Positions 1 through 12,596 are shown, numbered from the whole stretch's first letter. The stretch is DNA of 61,869 bases, filler included, from Gonapodya sp. JEL0774 (GCA_027604505.1; 24 parts of 24 records of this genome joined end to end with filler, not necessarily neighbours in it); one strand, 5' to 3'. Made by a program: numbers and translations. The notes: generated by a model from the letters alone, not told the origin.

Positions 1-2
1 CG

Positions 3-218
3 GAAATTGTCGAGACGGTGACAAAGAAGCCGATACCTTCACACGTTAGCAGCCTTGTATTGGAGTTGTTGGCGGACTGTTCTGACGGTGAGGTGAGTCG
101 ACAATGCACTTGCGGTCGGCTTTAGCTGCACTCTTTCTCACGCTTTGGAGGAAAACGTCAGGAAGTGGAAGTTCCCTGGGTGAAAGTCATGCTGCAGAAG
201 GACAGACTAATATTATGA
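3..218 (+). CDS. UBA1: Ubiquitin-activating enzyme E1, C-terminal end (partial; intron 93-161)
   Basis: Spliced translation EIVETVTKKPIPSHVSSLVLELLADCSDGE|EVEVPWVKV resembles the Uba1 C-terminal ubiquitin-fold tail; GTGAGT...CAG intron. Confidence 0.85.
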
Positions 219-413
219 TGGGGGCAATTGCACAAAGTAAATATCGCGTCGCGATGTGGTATTTGAATTCTCTACCCATTTATAAAACATGCCCACAAAA
301 GGGCCAAACGCACACAGCAGAAATGCAATAGCAAGTAGAATGTCCGATCGCCTCCACCCACTGCTCTCCCACACCATCTCTTGGAGCACATTCTCCAGAT
401 AAAATACAACCAT

Positions 414-1697
414 TCAACCTCCCCTCACCATCACTCCCGCATCCTGAATCCTATGGGGTGCGTGCTGTTGTGCGTGCGCCTCCCGTTCTGCCCTCAATTC
501 CTGTCCAGACACGTCTCGCCCTTCCAGAACGGCACGGAAGTACTTCTCCGACACACGGTCCATTTCTGATGATCGGTCGACGGGGACGTTGGAGGCGAAG
601 GCGAAAGCGACGAAGGAGGCAAGAGCAGTGCCCTAAGACCGTGTTTCGGGGAGTGGTGAGGAACAAGGAGAGGGATGGCGGTGTCAGACGAGTCGAGGCT
701 GCCACTGGGAATGTTATTGGAATAAAAGAAAGGGAATCCTCACCTGCGCGTACATCCTCGCGTGGATCAGCTTCTGCGCCACGGGCATACCCTTGTTGGC
801 CCAAAGCGACGCCAAGGTCAAACTCGTCACGGTGAGCCATCCCATACCGACGACCTTGTACCGGTTGTCGAGGACGTATTTCTGGACTTCTTGCGGGGTT
901 GGAACCCAGGAGAAGGAGGAAAGTTTGTCCTCGTCCTGCGTTGCGGGTGCTGGGGTGGATAGAGAGGCGATCTGGAGAAGAGGCGAGTGGGTGACAATGA
1001 GGGCAGTGGCCAATACGTGGAGTAGAAGAGTAGAAGATGGCCAATATATGACGGGCAGTTCGCAGATGAATAGCAGGTCTGCTACTTCAATAGCCCCAAT
1101 CGTCTCTTTATGTTTTCAGGTTCCCTCTTCTCCACCTCCAGTGCCTGCTTACGACATGTTGACACGAAACCAACCAGCAACTCACATCAACGACACTTCT
1201 CTTGGCTGCCAGCCTCCTTTCCAAGTCCAAGGCCGACTGCTCTCCCATGATAGTGAATCCGGCGATGGGGAAAGCCAACACAGCAATCCATTTGGGAGTG
1301 TGGTGGAATCGCGCGTATCGGGGAGAATATCGGCCGGCGAGGAGGTGAAGTCCGACGCCGACGATTCCTCCGTAGAAGCCACCTTTCATGGCTTGTCTGG
1401 ACAAGAGGACGGCAGTGGATTGCGGAGGTTTTGGAGAGTGAAAGCACAACGATGAGTCAGATGCCATGTCGCATAATAGAGCTGGACAACCCATATCGTC
1501 CTCCCAACTTACTCAATAGTGTATTTGTGAATCATATCGCGCTCTTCCTTCGTCCTCGCGGAGTGTGCGGCTCTGAGAACAACGGGTATTTCAACACCTC
1601 GTGAAACAGTGATGGAACAGCACCCGATGGAAACTCACTGGCCGTATTGGCCACCCATCATGATATCATTCACTACTGCTTGCTCGATTGTGGACAT
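414..1697 (-). CDS. RCF2: HIG1-domain mitochondrial respiratory supercomplex factor (Rcf2-like), multi-exon
   Basis: Exons give KGGFYGGIVGVGLHLL...(N-terminal TM pair) and DNRYKVVGMGW...QKLIHARMYAQ|GTAL, the HIG1 QxxxxARxYAQ motif. Confidence 0.8.
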
Positions 1698-2497
1698 TGC
1701 TGGTGCCGGAAGGAAGAAGGATGAATGTAGATGTTGGCCGGGATCAGAACAAGACTGGATCTCCACTGCAAGACCATGTGAGCCAAATGGCGAATGGGAA
1801 CAACAGAATCCCAAAGTCCAACCGACCTTATAAAGATTTGTGGATGTGTTGAGTGTCCCGAGTACCAAAGGCGATTTGATATACAGCGACTGGAGAAATT
1901 GAAATTTCTGTGCACCCGGTTTCTTCCGGGTTATGAAGGACAACCCAACGTGTTACAGTCAGCAGCGTCCCCATGATTCACGGAGGAGTCTGAGCATGAC
2001 AATCTACTATTACAAAGTGCGTGTTTTACGTATCGTGTGGTAGATTTTACATTGTGCTGCCCATTCGCCGACGTTCGCAGCTGAAACATCGGGTGTTGCA
2101 TTTGTTAGTTCTTACTGCGCACGAAGCTTATTCCTATGAACAGGTGGAGGTCAAACAATGATAAACCGCTGTATTTCATATCCTTGTGAAGTCCATACCG
2201 TTGGCGTATTGTTTGATGCATCTTACGAAAATTGTCATAAACCTTTTGTGCCATTTGCCTGTTCATGCTGCCCCCGCTGAGTCAGTGCTGAGTCATTCCC
2301 AAAATCCCCTAACACAACGAATATTCTTTCCGTGCAAGGGTCATGTCCGATCAATCGATTCCAGGTCCTGCTGCTTTCCGTCGCCGCGCTTCCCTGGGGC
2401 TCTCGGTCCACCCGGCATCGAATTCGAACCCGTCCCATCCGAACACACCAAACGCGCCAACTCCACCCATCACTCGTCGATATATCCCCGTCGATGA

Positions 2498-2597
2498 NNN
2501 NNNNNNNNNNNNNNNNNNNNNNNNNNNNNNNNNNNNNNNNNTTAATTAATTAANNNNNNNNNNNNNNNNNNNNNNNNNNNNNNNNNNNNNNNNNNNN
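2498..2597. other. Artificial contig spacer (N44-TTAATTAATTAA-N44); first of 23 identical spacers
   Basis: Identical 100-nt block with stops in all six frames, recurring at 5093, 7686, 10279, 12871, 15463, 18053, 20642, 23228, 25814, 28399, 30984, 33568, 36148, 38727, 41305, 43879, 46453, 49025, 51595, 54165, 56734 and 59302; contig lengths fall steadily from 2497 to 2468. Confidence 0.99.
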
Positions 2598-4551
2598 CAA
2601 TCTACCAGTGGTCAAATTTCCTCGTTCTATGCATCTGCCTGGCTGTCGTGAGCGCAATGATGATACCGCTGTTTATATTTTTTATTTATTTGAGGGATAC
2701 ACGGGAGCGCGTGACGCAAGCGATGCAACAGAACAAGGACGAAAATCCAATGTGACGATGTAACGTCTGTAAAATATATTGTAGACAAGTAGCAAACGCT
2801 CAATACACTGTCGTATCGCTTGACACTCTCTGGCATAATGAGGATGCAAATGCACATGACTATGAAATAAAGTAAGAAAACGTGGTGAAAAGAACCTCCA
2901 ACCAATGAGGGAAATCATTCTGAGGCACGTCGACAACTGCAATCAAGAATGGAAATCATTCTGAGTCCTGCGACCTTTCAATGTCATGCGCATATAAATC
3001 ATAATGAGCAAGAACTGCATTGGACAAACGAACGAATGACGCTGACAATGTAATCTGCGCGTTCCAATGCCCACTTACAAAGTCAAGCTTCAGGGAAGAT
3101 GACAGAGGAAAGAGATGTCCATTGTACCCTCACCGCAAATCTTGAACCACCCACCTGGCTCCAGCCACCCTGCGAAGCCTCGGTTGGTAACCGCGCGAGG
3201 TTCATGTGGCCGCTGTGAGTCCTGTCGTTTTCCTGGAGTTTAACACGTGCCCAAAGTTCCACGTTGGGTTTGAGGCCCATTGCGTCAAGGTTGGTGATTC
3301 AACTCAGTGTTACGCCCAATGAAAAGGAAGACCGGTTGTGATTCCTACAGCAATTCAAACATGCGTAAGTCCAAAATAGCTCCTCTCAGATCTGTGCTTC
3401 CAAAACTCACGCGGCAAGCTCCCTCAGGAGGTAATCCCAGTATTGCTCCAGCTCTCTTGACTCGTCGACACTCAGCAGGGCGCCACTCTTCAATATCCTG
3501 GAAGTCCACACTCGGCTTCAAGGTTGTCTACCGCACGCTACTGGAGCGCGCACCGTTGGGGTGACTCTTGTTGCGGGGGTTGGTCTATGCTATGAGAGAG
3601 AGTGTGTGTGTCTGCCAAGTGTTAGTGTTTACGTGACCCCAGGTCAAAGGAGAGAGGGTTAGCACAAGATCAAAGTGACTGGGACAGAGTGAGAAGTCTA
3701 CAAATGGACTGGACTATAGTTCGATTGTGAACTGGACAGTTTGTATGATATGAATCGAATATATTTTAGTTGTAGAAATTCTAAGCTACGCTAAAGCTAC
3801 ATTTTTTTTTTTTGCCTTTCGAGCTTTGGTCAATGAGGAGCGCTGTGGCATTTATTCTCCAACTTCCATCTATTCCGTCTTACTGAGAACGTAAAGAATG
3901 CATTTGAAACGTGTAGTCAAACTACAAAAATACGATCTGTCACTCTATTGACGTCGCAGCGTCCGATCTGTGTCCTATAATCCAGAATACCTTGTCAGGC
4001 CACGCCATGACACTCTCACTTCACTTTTCCGACAATGGACGCCAGCTCTCCTTCAAAGCGAGCTGGTGGTGCTCAGACTCGGAGAGCACGAAACATCGTC
4101 TAGGAGTATTGAAGGAATGCGCGCTGTAAGATTTCGAGTGACATATTTTGGAAACGAGGAAAACTTCGACTGGTGTTTCGTGATCTGGTGGAGGTGTGGC
4201 ACAGAACTCACCCCCGCTCACTCTAACGTCCAATAAATATTGATAACCAATCGAAAACCCGTTCTGTCGACTAAAACTCCGCGCGTTCCCACTAAAATAT
4301 ATGATTTTGTGTCAACCCCACTGGTTTCTTCGGATTTCGTCCGCCCTGTAATGTCCAGACACTGTCGCTACCATCGCACTTTATAATATTTTCCTTCCAT
4401 TTCCGTGAGGTGTCAGGCGCATACGCTTGTTAAGACATAGTCAATTATGGGAGAGTGGTTTTCGACGCAAACACGCAGAGCTGTCAGTGGAAAACGCCCT
4501 CTTCCCACAACATTTCCTACACCTCGAGTCCTCGGCTCCTTAAAATTCTTT

Positions 4552-5073
4552 TCACGCCCTCCCCACAACCCCTCCAATCCCTTTCCCGAAATCTCCCCAG
4601 CCCGGCTCGTCCAATACAGTCCTCCAGCCCATGGCCCTTAACATCGCCAGTGTCCTCCACCCTACTGGACCGTATCGTCGTGCTTGCGGTCGGTAGTCTG
4701 CAAGTCGCACACCGGGTGATCCTGACGGTCGCATGATCCAGTCTTCTGTCACATCGTACGGCTTGGCGTCAACGTGGGAGAGTGATGATCCAGGTTCGAA
4801 TGCGGGCGGGGTGTAGAGAAAAGCATAATCCCAAAGGATGGACGAGTTGTTGGTAGAGGTGGAGTTGGTTGGTGGAGCAGGCACACGGAACCAGTAAGAG
4901 ACGCCCATGTGCGATTGGGCCACGCTCAGAAGACTCTGTGCAGTTGTGTACGTGTATGTCTGGCGGAAGAGCTCTAACCACAGAGTGTAGTTGGTGGTGG
5001 GACCGACAGCTGCCGCACCACGATTGAGGACAGAAGCGTGATCCTTGAACCATATGCCGTTGACGTTGTCAGC
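4552..5073 (-). CDS. Last exon of an uncharacterised putative zinc-metallopeptidase-like protein
   Basis: LYTPPAFEPGSSLSHVD...WIMRP...GPVGWRTLAMLRAMGW resembles the C-terminal GSSxSHxD...LM...MGW signature of a family seen in bacteria and early-diverging fungi; any HExxH motif lies beyond the contig edge. Confidence 0.6.
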   Translation of the reverse strand, partial: ADNVNGIWFKDHASVLNRGAAAVGPTTNYTLWLELFRQTYTYTTAQSLLSVAQSHMGVSYWFRVPAPPTNSTSTNNSSILWDYAFLYTPPAFEPGSSLSHVDAKPYDVTEDWIMRPSGSPGVRLADYRPQARRYGPVGWRTLAMLRAMGWRTVLDEPGWGDFGKGIGGVVGRA

Positions 5074-5326
5074 CTACACGGTGATAATGTCANNNNNNNN
5101 NNNNNNNNNNNNNNNNNNNNNNNNNNNNNNNNNNNNTTAATTAATTAANNNNNNNNNNNNNNNNNNNNNNNNNNNNNNNNNNNNNNNNNNNNTACAATAT
5201 ATACCAAAAGGTCTCGGGTTACAGCTCAAGACACTACGTGGTTGATCTCCGAAAATTAAACCACCATGATTCGAACTCGCAGATCTGGTTCGGTTGAAGT
5301 GATATTTACTTAGTCCCTATCAATAT

Positions 5327-7685
5327 CTACACTTGCTTTGAAATCTCCGCGTGAACCCAAGCGGCAACAGCCTCTCTGTCCCTCGCCAACCACTTCGTCT
5401 TGGCCTTCACCTTTTCAACAGTTTGCTTGACAGTCACTGCAAAACGCGGCATGAGTGAAGCCATTTGGAGATCTGACCTAAATTGCAAGTACTCACTCGT
5501 GATCCCTTTGGTCTCATCCACCCGTTTCGCCTTTTCCTCAATCGACAAGCCTTCCCCTGAGACAAAAGCCTCCAGATCGTCTGTGATGGTCGTGGAGACG
5601 GCACTCTCAACGGCGATCTGCAAAGTGGACGATCAATACGGAGAATACCACGTAACGCAGAATCATTAACGCTCGTTGAATACGGTGATCAAGCGAACGC
5701 TCCACCCACAGAAAGGAGGTTACCCAAGAGGCCAAGGCCAGCTTTGTAGCGCACAATCAGAGTTGGCCAGTTGGCTTTCAACCATTGCCAGACTCTGCAA
5801 TTCAACGAAGACATGAGAAATAGGCTGGACGATGCAGAACCAGAAACCCAACCGGCGTCCATGACACGCACCTTGGACGTGAAGACTTTGGAAATTTGTT
5901 CTCGCGGATGATTCCGACTAAGGGATAGATGACTGCAGCCAATCAAAGATCAGACATATGATTAATGCACTCATGAACTAAATGCCACGATTGCAGGCGC
6001 AATAGCACATTAACTCACTATCTTGTGGCTTCACTTCCTCGATATTAAGCGCCAACTCAAACAACCTGTCCAACAGCTCAGGATATGGCGTGGCCCCGAG
6101 TGCCTGTAGTGCTGCCAATTTCCCATCGACTGTCTCGCTCGTCTTGTAAATTTTGAACACGGCATCAAAGTCCTTAATCGCTTGCTCCAAGTCCACCGAG
6201 TTCTGCAGTACAACAACGAAAGCAGTCCCACGGATATTTGGGTGGAGCGCCGAGGTGTCACCGGCGACAAATTTGGCGAAACGGGATCTGGCTTCCACCA
6301 CGGTTTCAGGGTCACCATTGCGACCTGCGACACCGAGGCACAGTGTGCGCTTGAGAGAAAGGAGGTGGTTGGTCTTTTCGGAATCGGGATAGTCTAAGTT
6401 GGCAAGATATAACGTTAAACTTCGTGATTACAACTGCATTCTTCACGACCTGACAGCAATACGTACCCCATCCAAGAGCTTTTGCGTGCCTCGAAAAGAC
6501 TCGCAGAGCCAAAGTCTTCAACCCACTGACCACTTCATCGGGCTCGTTGTACCAGGTATTGGTGATGGAGCCAAGTCGTGCCGAGATCTCCGAGAGCACA
6601 CTTGGACATAAACGCAAGTGAACTGGTTTACACCAAAAAATACCTGCACGCTGGCCGACAGCTTACGTGTAGTCTTCTTCCCGACCGTAGTACTTGACCA
6701 ACTCCAACGCTCCGACCGTACTGCCGTAACCAGCCTCAGCCAACGCAAACGCATCGGCCACAAGACCCACCCTATCGCTCGAGTCAAGCTTGTCGACATT
6801 CCTACCGAGCTTGGCGAGTTGGTCCACGCCGTACTTGACACGGTAGAACGCCGTCTGTCGTCCGTTGAGCTTGTAGAAGTCGACCGGGGCGGCCATCCGG
6901 ACCTCACCCGTGCGCGTGCGGAGAACGTCGGCGGTGGGGGTGATGAGGTTGGTGGACGAGATGAGGCCGAGGGGTACGAACCACTCGGTGGTGTCGTCGA
7001 CGGGGGAGACGTCCCCGGTAGACAGGTAGCGGCTTTGGGAGAGGCTGAGGGTTCCAGGAGTGGACTCGGCGACAGTGATGAGCGGGTAGCTGTCACAAAA
7101 GTCAGGTTAGAGTCACGGCTGGCGACACCAACTTCTCCAACGCACGTACCCGGTCTGGCGAGTCCACAACTTCATCATCCCTCCCACATCCTTCCCCGTC
7201 GCCTCCCCCAACGCCTCCCACAACTGATCCGTCACGGTGTTCCCATACGCGTATCTCTTCAAATAGATCCTCACGCCCTTCATGAACCCCTCTCTGCCCA
7301 CATAACCTTCCAGCATGCGGATCACACTGGCGCCCTTTGAGTAACTTATGGCATCAAAGATCTGGTTGATATCGGCCGCGTTGCGCACAGGGACTTCGAT
7401 CGGGTGGGAGGACCGGAGACCGTCGAGGGATAGAGCGGATTGCAGGTCATTGGCCGTGAACTTGGTCCACACGTCCCAGGTGGGAAACAAGTGGTCCACA
7501 GCGAGCCAGCCCACAAAAGTGGCGAATCCTTCGTTGAGCCAGAGGTCCTAGTGGAGGCAAGGAAAACACGAGTTAGTAGTCGTGGGCAAAATTGGAATCA
7601 TCCCGTCGGCCGTGCTCCCCTCATCTCACCTGCCACCACTCCATCGTCACCAAATTCCCAAACCACTGATGCGCAAGTTCGTGTC
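5327..7685 (-). CDS. APE2: M1-family aminopeptidase (Ape2/puromycin-sensitive type), 5' truncated, multi-exon
   Basis: HELAHQWFGNLVTMEWW|DLWLNEGFATF zinc motif, IFDAISYSKGASVIRML, and an ERAP1-like C-terminal region. Confidence 0.95.
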
Positions 7686-7785
7686 NNNNNNNNNNNNNNN
7701 NNNNNNNNNNNNNNNNNNNNNNNNNNNNNTTAATTAATTAANNNNNNNNNNNNNNNNNNNNNNNNNNNNNNNNNNNNNNNNNNNN

Positions 7786-9201
7786 CTGGATCTTTTGAAG
7801 TCACTCGTTTTTTTAAAAGGTGCTACTGGCAACCCCTTCGATACCTCGTTAACTTGCGCCGGTTCATCTGGAGGAAGCGCAGTCGCTCTTTCTTGTAGTA
7901 TGGTCCCTCTCGCCACGTGAGTGGCTCATGACTTCCTCTCTCACTTGTTTGCGTACTGGCCGTCTCACATGCTTTACGCCAAATCCAACGACTTTTTTTA
8001 GCGGATCTGACATGGGCGGCTCCCTTCGCACACCAGCAGCATTCTGCTCGGTCGTGGGGTTCCGACCCTCACCGGGCGTAATTGGTGATGACGGCCGGGA
8101 CTTCGCTTATTCTGGGCTTTCGGTGCTCGGTCCGATGGTAAGTGTTTCCTGGACCATCCCAAAGATCGACCCAGCACAACGGAACACCTTTGGGTTTGCT
8201 ATAGGCCCGCACCGTTGAAGACGTTGTGATCCTCATGTCAGCTCAAGCGGGTTACGTCCCTGGCGACCCACTCTGCCCTCCCATTCCCGAAACACTAGAC
8301 CCAGTCGCCAGTTACTCGTCCCTCCCGTCGGTGGACCTCTCCAAGCTGAAGATGGTTTGGTCCACCGACCTGGGATTCGCCCCCGTGGACAATGACATTC
8401 GTCGTGTTTTCGAGGATAAACTCCAGCGCCTCCTTACCCCAGTGTTTGCACCATCATCTCGTGCCGCAACAAAGTCAGAGCTCTCCATGCTATCCACTGC
8501 GGATCGCATATTTTCGGTTCTTCGCGGGGAATCCTTTGCCGCCAACTGGTCCGAGAAGCATTCAAAGTGGTGGGACCAGTTAGGTTACCCCGTACAAGCA
8601 AACTCGACGGAAGGAAGAAGTTACACGTACGAGGACAGGGGGAAGGCGCAAATGCAGCACTCCAAGCTTGTAAAGGAATTTGAGAGGTGGTGGAAAGCGG
8701 AGGGTGTGGATATTATGGTTGTTCCTGTGAGTTCGCATAGAGATTGGTTAACTGTCCCAACTGAGCTAACTATTCGCGACAATCACAAACCCATCGCAGA
8801 CTGCGGCCGTATCCCCATTCCCGCACACTAGTTGGGCACCTATGTCCATCAACGGCCAGCCTTTGCGAAATTATTTCTCTTGGTACGTGAAAGCATCATC
8901 ACTACAGGAAATTCGCATTCATCGATATACCGTCAAAACTGTCGTCACCAGGCTTGCCCTTGTCTATGGTGTCACAGTCACCGCACACCCCGTTTTGTCC
9001 ATACCTCTTGGCGTGAATCACCTTGGTCTTCCTTTCGGAGTGCAGATCGTGGGACCCCGATGGGGTGATCGGTTTACCCTCGCAGTCGGACAGGCACTGG
9101 AGAAAGTGCTGGCGGCTAAGGGTGAGGGAAGAGTCGCTCCGGATCTGGAGAAGTTGAAGGATATGGGTGGTAAAGTGGGGATAGAGGTTTATGTACCATA
9201 G
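7786..9201 (+). CDS. Amidase-signature family enzyme, 5' truncated, multi-exon
   Basis: GNPFD...AGSSGGSAVAL, GSDMGGSLRTPAAFCSVVGFRPSPG and GLPFGVQIVGPRWGD motifs. Confidence 0.92.
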
Positions 9202-9440
9202 ACGTCAACGTTGCGATGGAACATTCGGGCTATTGAGATGCACTCTTCAATCGCGTGGAGTGCCTGGCAGCCAACCTGATAGAAGCTGAAACTCGGGTAA
9301 AATTTTCTCGTGAGAGAATTCCGCCGAGCTGCCGAACGGCGAAAACAGCGCTTCAAAGAAACAAATTGCGCCTGTTACAGCTGAAACAAGTTGTGCTTGA
9401 AGTTTTGTTGGATCCTGGATTCTTGCACGTCCATTTTGCA

Positions 9441-10278
9441 ATGGTGGGTGAACTTCAGGACGTCACTCGTGGCTGGCGCACTGGTGCAACATCACTCGCC
9501 GATGATCGGCAATGACAAATGTCGAACGATCTTCACCTACGTGTCTGCCATCCACTCACGAGTTGCCTTCTACCTATAGGTGGAATCTGAGCACAAAACA
9601 CTCGTCAATTTGACCTCCAAGTGTCGCTTGCACGTGGATGGAATGCGCTGTGGATCATGCGTGGCTGCGATCCTGCACTCGCTCAAGAGCATGAGCGGAA
9701 TCATTGACGTAAAAGCCTCACTTTTGTCTGAGAAGGTACGTCACGAGAGCGTTGCGAGCTTCCGACTATTTGATGGACGTCACACAAGGGTCGCATATTC
9801 AGGTAGAGGTTTCTTTCAATTCGTACATTGTCACTCAGGAAAAGATTGCTTCGATCATCGATTCTATTGGGTTTGATGCTACAATTCTCGAATCGAATGG
9901 GTCACGGCCCGATGTCGAGTGGATCCAGGAAATGAAGCGGGAATACCATGCAGGGAACACATCGGGTGTCTTGGATACACAGTCTTCAAAACGGCGCACT
10001 TTGACATTCCACATAACTGGCATGACCTGTGCATCTTGCGTTAGCACACTTGAGAAATTGCTGGGGCGATTGTCTGGCATCACTTCCACATCCGTCAGTC
10101 TCTTGACCAACACTGCCAAGGTGTCAATAACCGACTTGTGCGGAGGCCAAACTCCCACCCCGGAAGAAATTGTCACCGTGATTGGCGATGCAGGTTACGA
10201 GGCTGTTTTCATCCCCGACACCTTCTCTGTTATCTCGACTGGCGATTCTGTTCCTGTGGACATCAACATTGACGAAGG
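9441..10278 (+). CDS. HMA-domain protein, probably the N-terminus of a copper-transporting P1B ATPase (Ccc2/ATP7-like); 3' truncated, start uncertain
   Basis: Two heavy-metal-associated domains, GMRCGSC and GMTCASC; intron after EK at about 9736-9802. Confidence 0.8.
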
Positions 10279-10378
10279 NNNNNNNNNNNNNNNNNNNNNN
10301 NNNNNNNNNNNNNNNNNNNNNNTTAATTAATTAANNNNNNNNNNNNNNNNNNNNNNNNNNNNNNNNNNNNNNNNNNNN

Positions 10379-11134
10379 GCTCTTTTGGATCCGGCTTTTG
10401 GTGTCGTGGAATCGACCTTTGCAACCGCCAAGGAGGAAGTCGAACGCCGGCGGGACCCTGAATATCGTGAGAAGGAACGGGAGAAAACGTTTGTGATTCC
10501 GGACGAGGGATTTGTCTGCCTCATCCGCAATCTCAAGCTCATGTTGGTAGCGGACAGAGGGGATGCGTACGCTCAGGCGCTCGGTGCCGCAGACTTCCGC
10601 CTCAACCGTACCTCTCTCATCGCCAAAGACGTTGGTGCCACCGAGACTGCTCAGAATCACGTGAATCCAGAAATTCAGAGTCAATGGTCTTCTTACCTGG
10701 CTTTAGAGCTGGGCAAGGAAGCCGAACTCGGGAGCAAGTTCGCAGCGACACCCATCTTCCCGCGCAAGCCACCTGCTCGTGTCCTACGGGAGTTCCGCTC
10801 TGCAAGACGGTCTTTTCAGGAGAACGAGCTCGGCGCGTGCTGTTGGAATCTAAAGTGCGCCGCTGCGGAAGCCGGTCAGGTCGTGTGGGCAATGGGGACA
10901 CTCACGTACTGCCCCTCGTGTAGAGCGGCCAGATATTGCAACACAAGATGCAGGGCGGAGCATTTGGAGGTACATAAGAAGGCGTGTGAATCCATACCGA
11001 ATCTCAGGGGCTCGGATGGGCTGGAATCGGAGGACCATACCGGGAAATCAGACTTTCTGTTATATGTTGGACTATTCATCTTGTTGGTGGCGATTGTTAT
11101 GGGTGGTGCTGCGTTCTACTACACCATGGCGTAG
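10379..11134 (+). CDS. MYND-type zinc-finger protein with C-terminal transmembrane anchor, 5' truncated
   Basis: CWNLKC...CPSCRAARYCNTRCRAEHLEVHKKAC, followed by hydrophobic FLLYVGLFILLVAIVMGGAAFYY. Confidence 0.8.
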   Translation, partial: ALLDPAFGVVESTFATAKEEVERRRDPEYREKEREKTFVIPDEGFVCLIRNLKLMLVADRGDAYAQALGAADFRLNRTSLIAKDVGATETAQNHVNPEIQSQWSSYLALELGKEAELGSKFAATPIFPRKPPARVLREFRSARRSFQENELGACCWNLKCAAAEAGQVVWAMGTLTYCPSCRAARYCNTRCRAEHLEVHKKACESIPNLRGSDGLESEDHTGKSDFLLYVGLFILLVAIVMGGAAFYYTMA

Positions 11135-11923
11135 GGCGTATTGCACATCGTAGGGACCTGTGCTGACTATTAGATATGAGACGATTTCCGCACTGAGGCT
11201 GTGTATGATAGGTGACAATACTTTTAACGATTGTGGGAGAACCCTTTGAAATGCGCTGGCTCTCCAGGATCAAACCTTTATTATCTTGAAAATCTGGGAA
11301 GCATTGTGGCATCCATTACAATATGTGCAATTGAGAGAGTTCCAATGGGTATTGCGGTTGCTGGAACAATAAGGCCCCACCTGAGAAAGACTGCAGATGA
11401 GAACTGAACTGATTTGAGGCCACTCCATGAGCATTGTCTGAAAACTCCATTTCGTGCTACTCAGATACTGCAGTGAAGCAAACCCGCTCTTGTCTCAATG
11501 AGTGTGAGAATCATTGGGAAACAAACTTTTCGTTGAAGGTCATGAAACGTACAACGCCAAAGAGCCCTCTACGCGATTGAAGACACTCTGAAGTGTGGTC
11601 GAACGCTTTCGTGATACTTTAAAACGGGGGTGTAAAAGCTGTGAATGCGCATCTGAACGCCAGTGAACTACCGGGAAGCGCTTCCAGCTGCAGTCAATAA
11701 TTATGGTACAAAGTAGAGAAACAGATCGGCATGACGAAGTTGATTAGTTCACACTTGTGTTGCCATTGTATTTTTCGCCACAGGAGAGGGCCCGTTCTCG
11801 GGAGCAGAATTCATTTAGGACAGCTTGTTGATTTGTTGGGCGATTTCAATTAAAATGAGTGGACTCACGCAAAGTGGGGCAGGCCCGCCCCAGCTAACCA
11901 AAATCCGCATTTGTTTTTTGAGT

Positions 11924-12596
11924 CTTGTATTCGAGTAATGCTCATCGGTACGCCTACTCTAGTGTTGTTCCCCCGTGGGTTCCCCTTCTGAAGAGGGACC
12001 CGGGCGACAATGGCGTGGGACAACAGGGATATGGCGCCGGCCATTTGGGTTACGACAGCCCACCACGTGCCATCCGTCCTCTTATCGCATCGCCATCAGG
12101 GGACTAACACGGCCACAAGTAGTCAGGCCAGCATTGGTTGGAGAGGGTGTTCCAAATCTGTGAAGAAAAATGTGAGAGGACCATCGCGAGTGGAGTGAAA
12201 CAAATCGCTCATTAGTTTGAGAGAGGCTGGGAGGAGCGCCTGCTCCTTGAAATCAAAATTGATTTGGAGATCCCTAACGCAAGTTATTGTTGGAATCTCA
12301 TTCACGATACCGAACGAAAACATCCACTCACGCCTCTTGAGAACAATTCGGTGGACCCCTATTACTTATCGCATGGCTTGAATCCGCGCAACACTCATCG
12401 GCATGCCTACTCTTGTGTTGTTCCCCCGTGGGTCCCCGCCCTTGCGAGGGACCCGGGCGACAATGGCGTGGGACGAGCACGGACGCAGCGCCGGGCCCGA
12501 GGGTAGCGGCTAACCCATCACGTGACATCGTTCTCTTATCGCATCACCATCGGGGGAATAATTTGACCACGAGCAGTCAGGTCAGCGTTGCTCGGA
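11924..12596. repeat. Diverged direct repeat of about 220 bp (copy 1 ~11924-12140; copy 2 ~12377-12596)
   Basis: Shared blocks CTCATCGG..GCCTACTCT.GTGTTGTTCCCCCGTGGGT, AGGGACCCGGGCGACAATGGCGTGGGAC, CTCTTATCGCATC.CCATC and AGTCAGG.CAGC; single-base indels between the copies. Confidence 0.93.

Noticed and set aside
2910..2965. 15-bp direct repeat GGAAATCATTCTGAG (2910 and 2951)
   Set aside because: Only two copies in intergenic DNA with no associated element; likely a local duplication.
3083..3564. Short ORFs that might be a decayed gene or TE
   Set aside because: No recognisable motif or consistent splice pattern.
6618..7340. Long antisense ORFs here and over other GC-rich genes (e.g. 13169-14290, 21124-21930)
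   Set aside because: They are shadow frames of real genes on the opposite strand, expected from codon bias.
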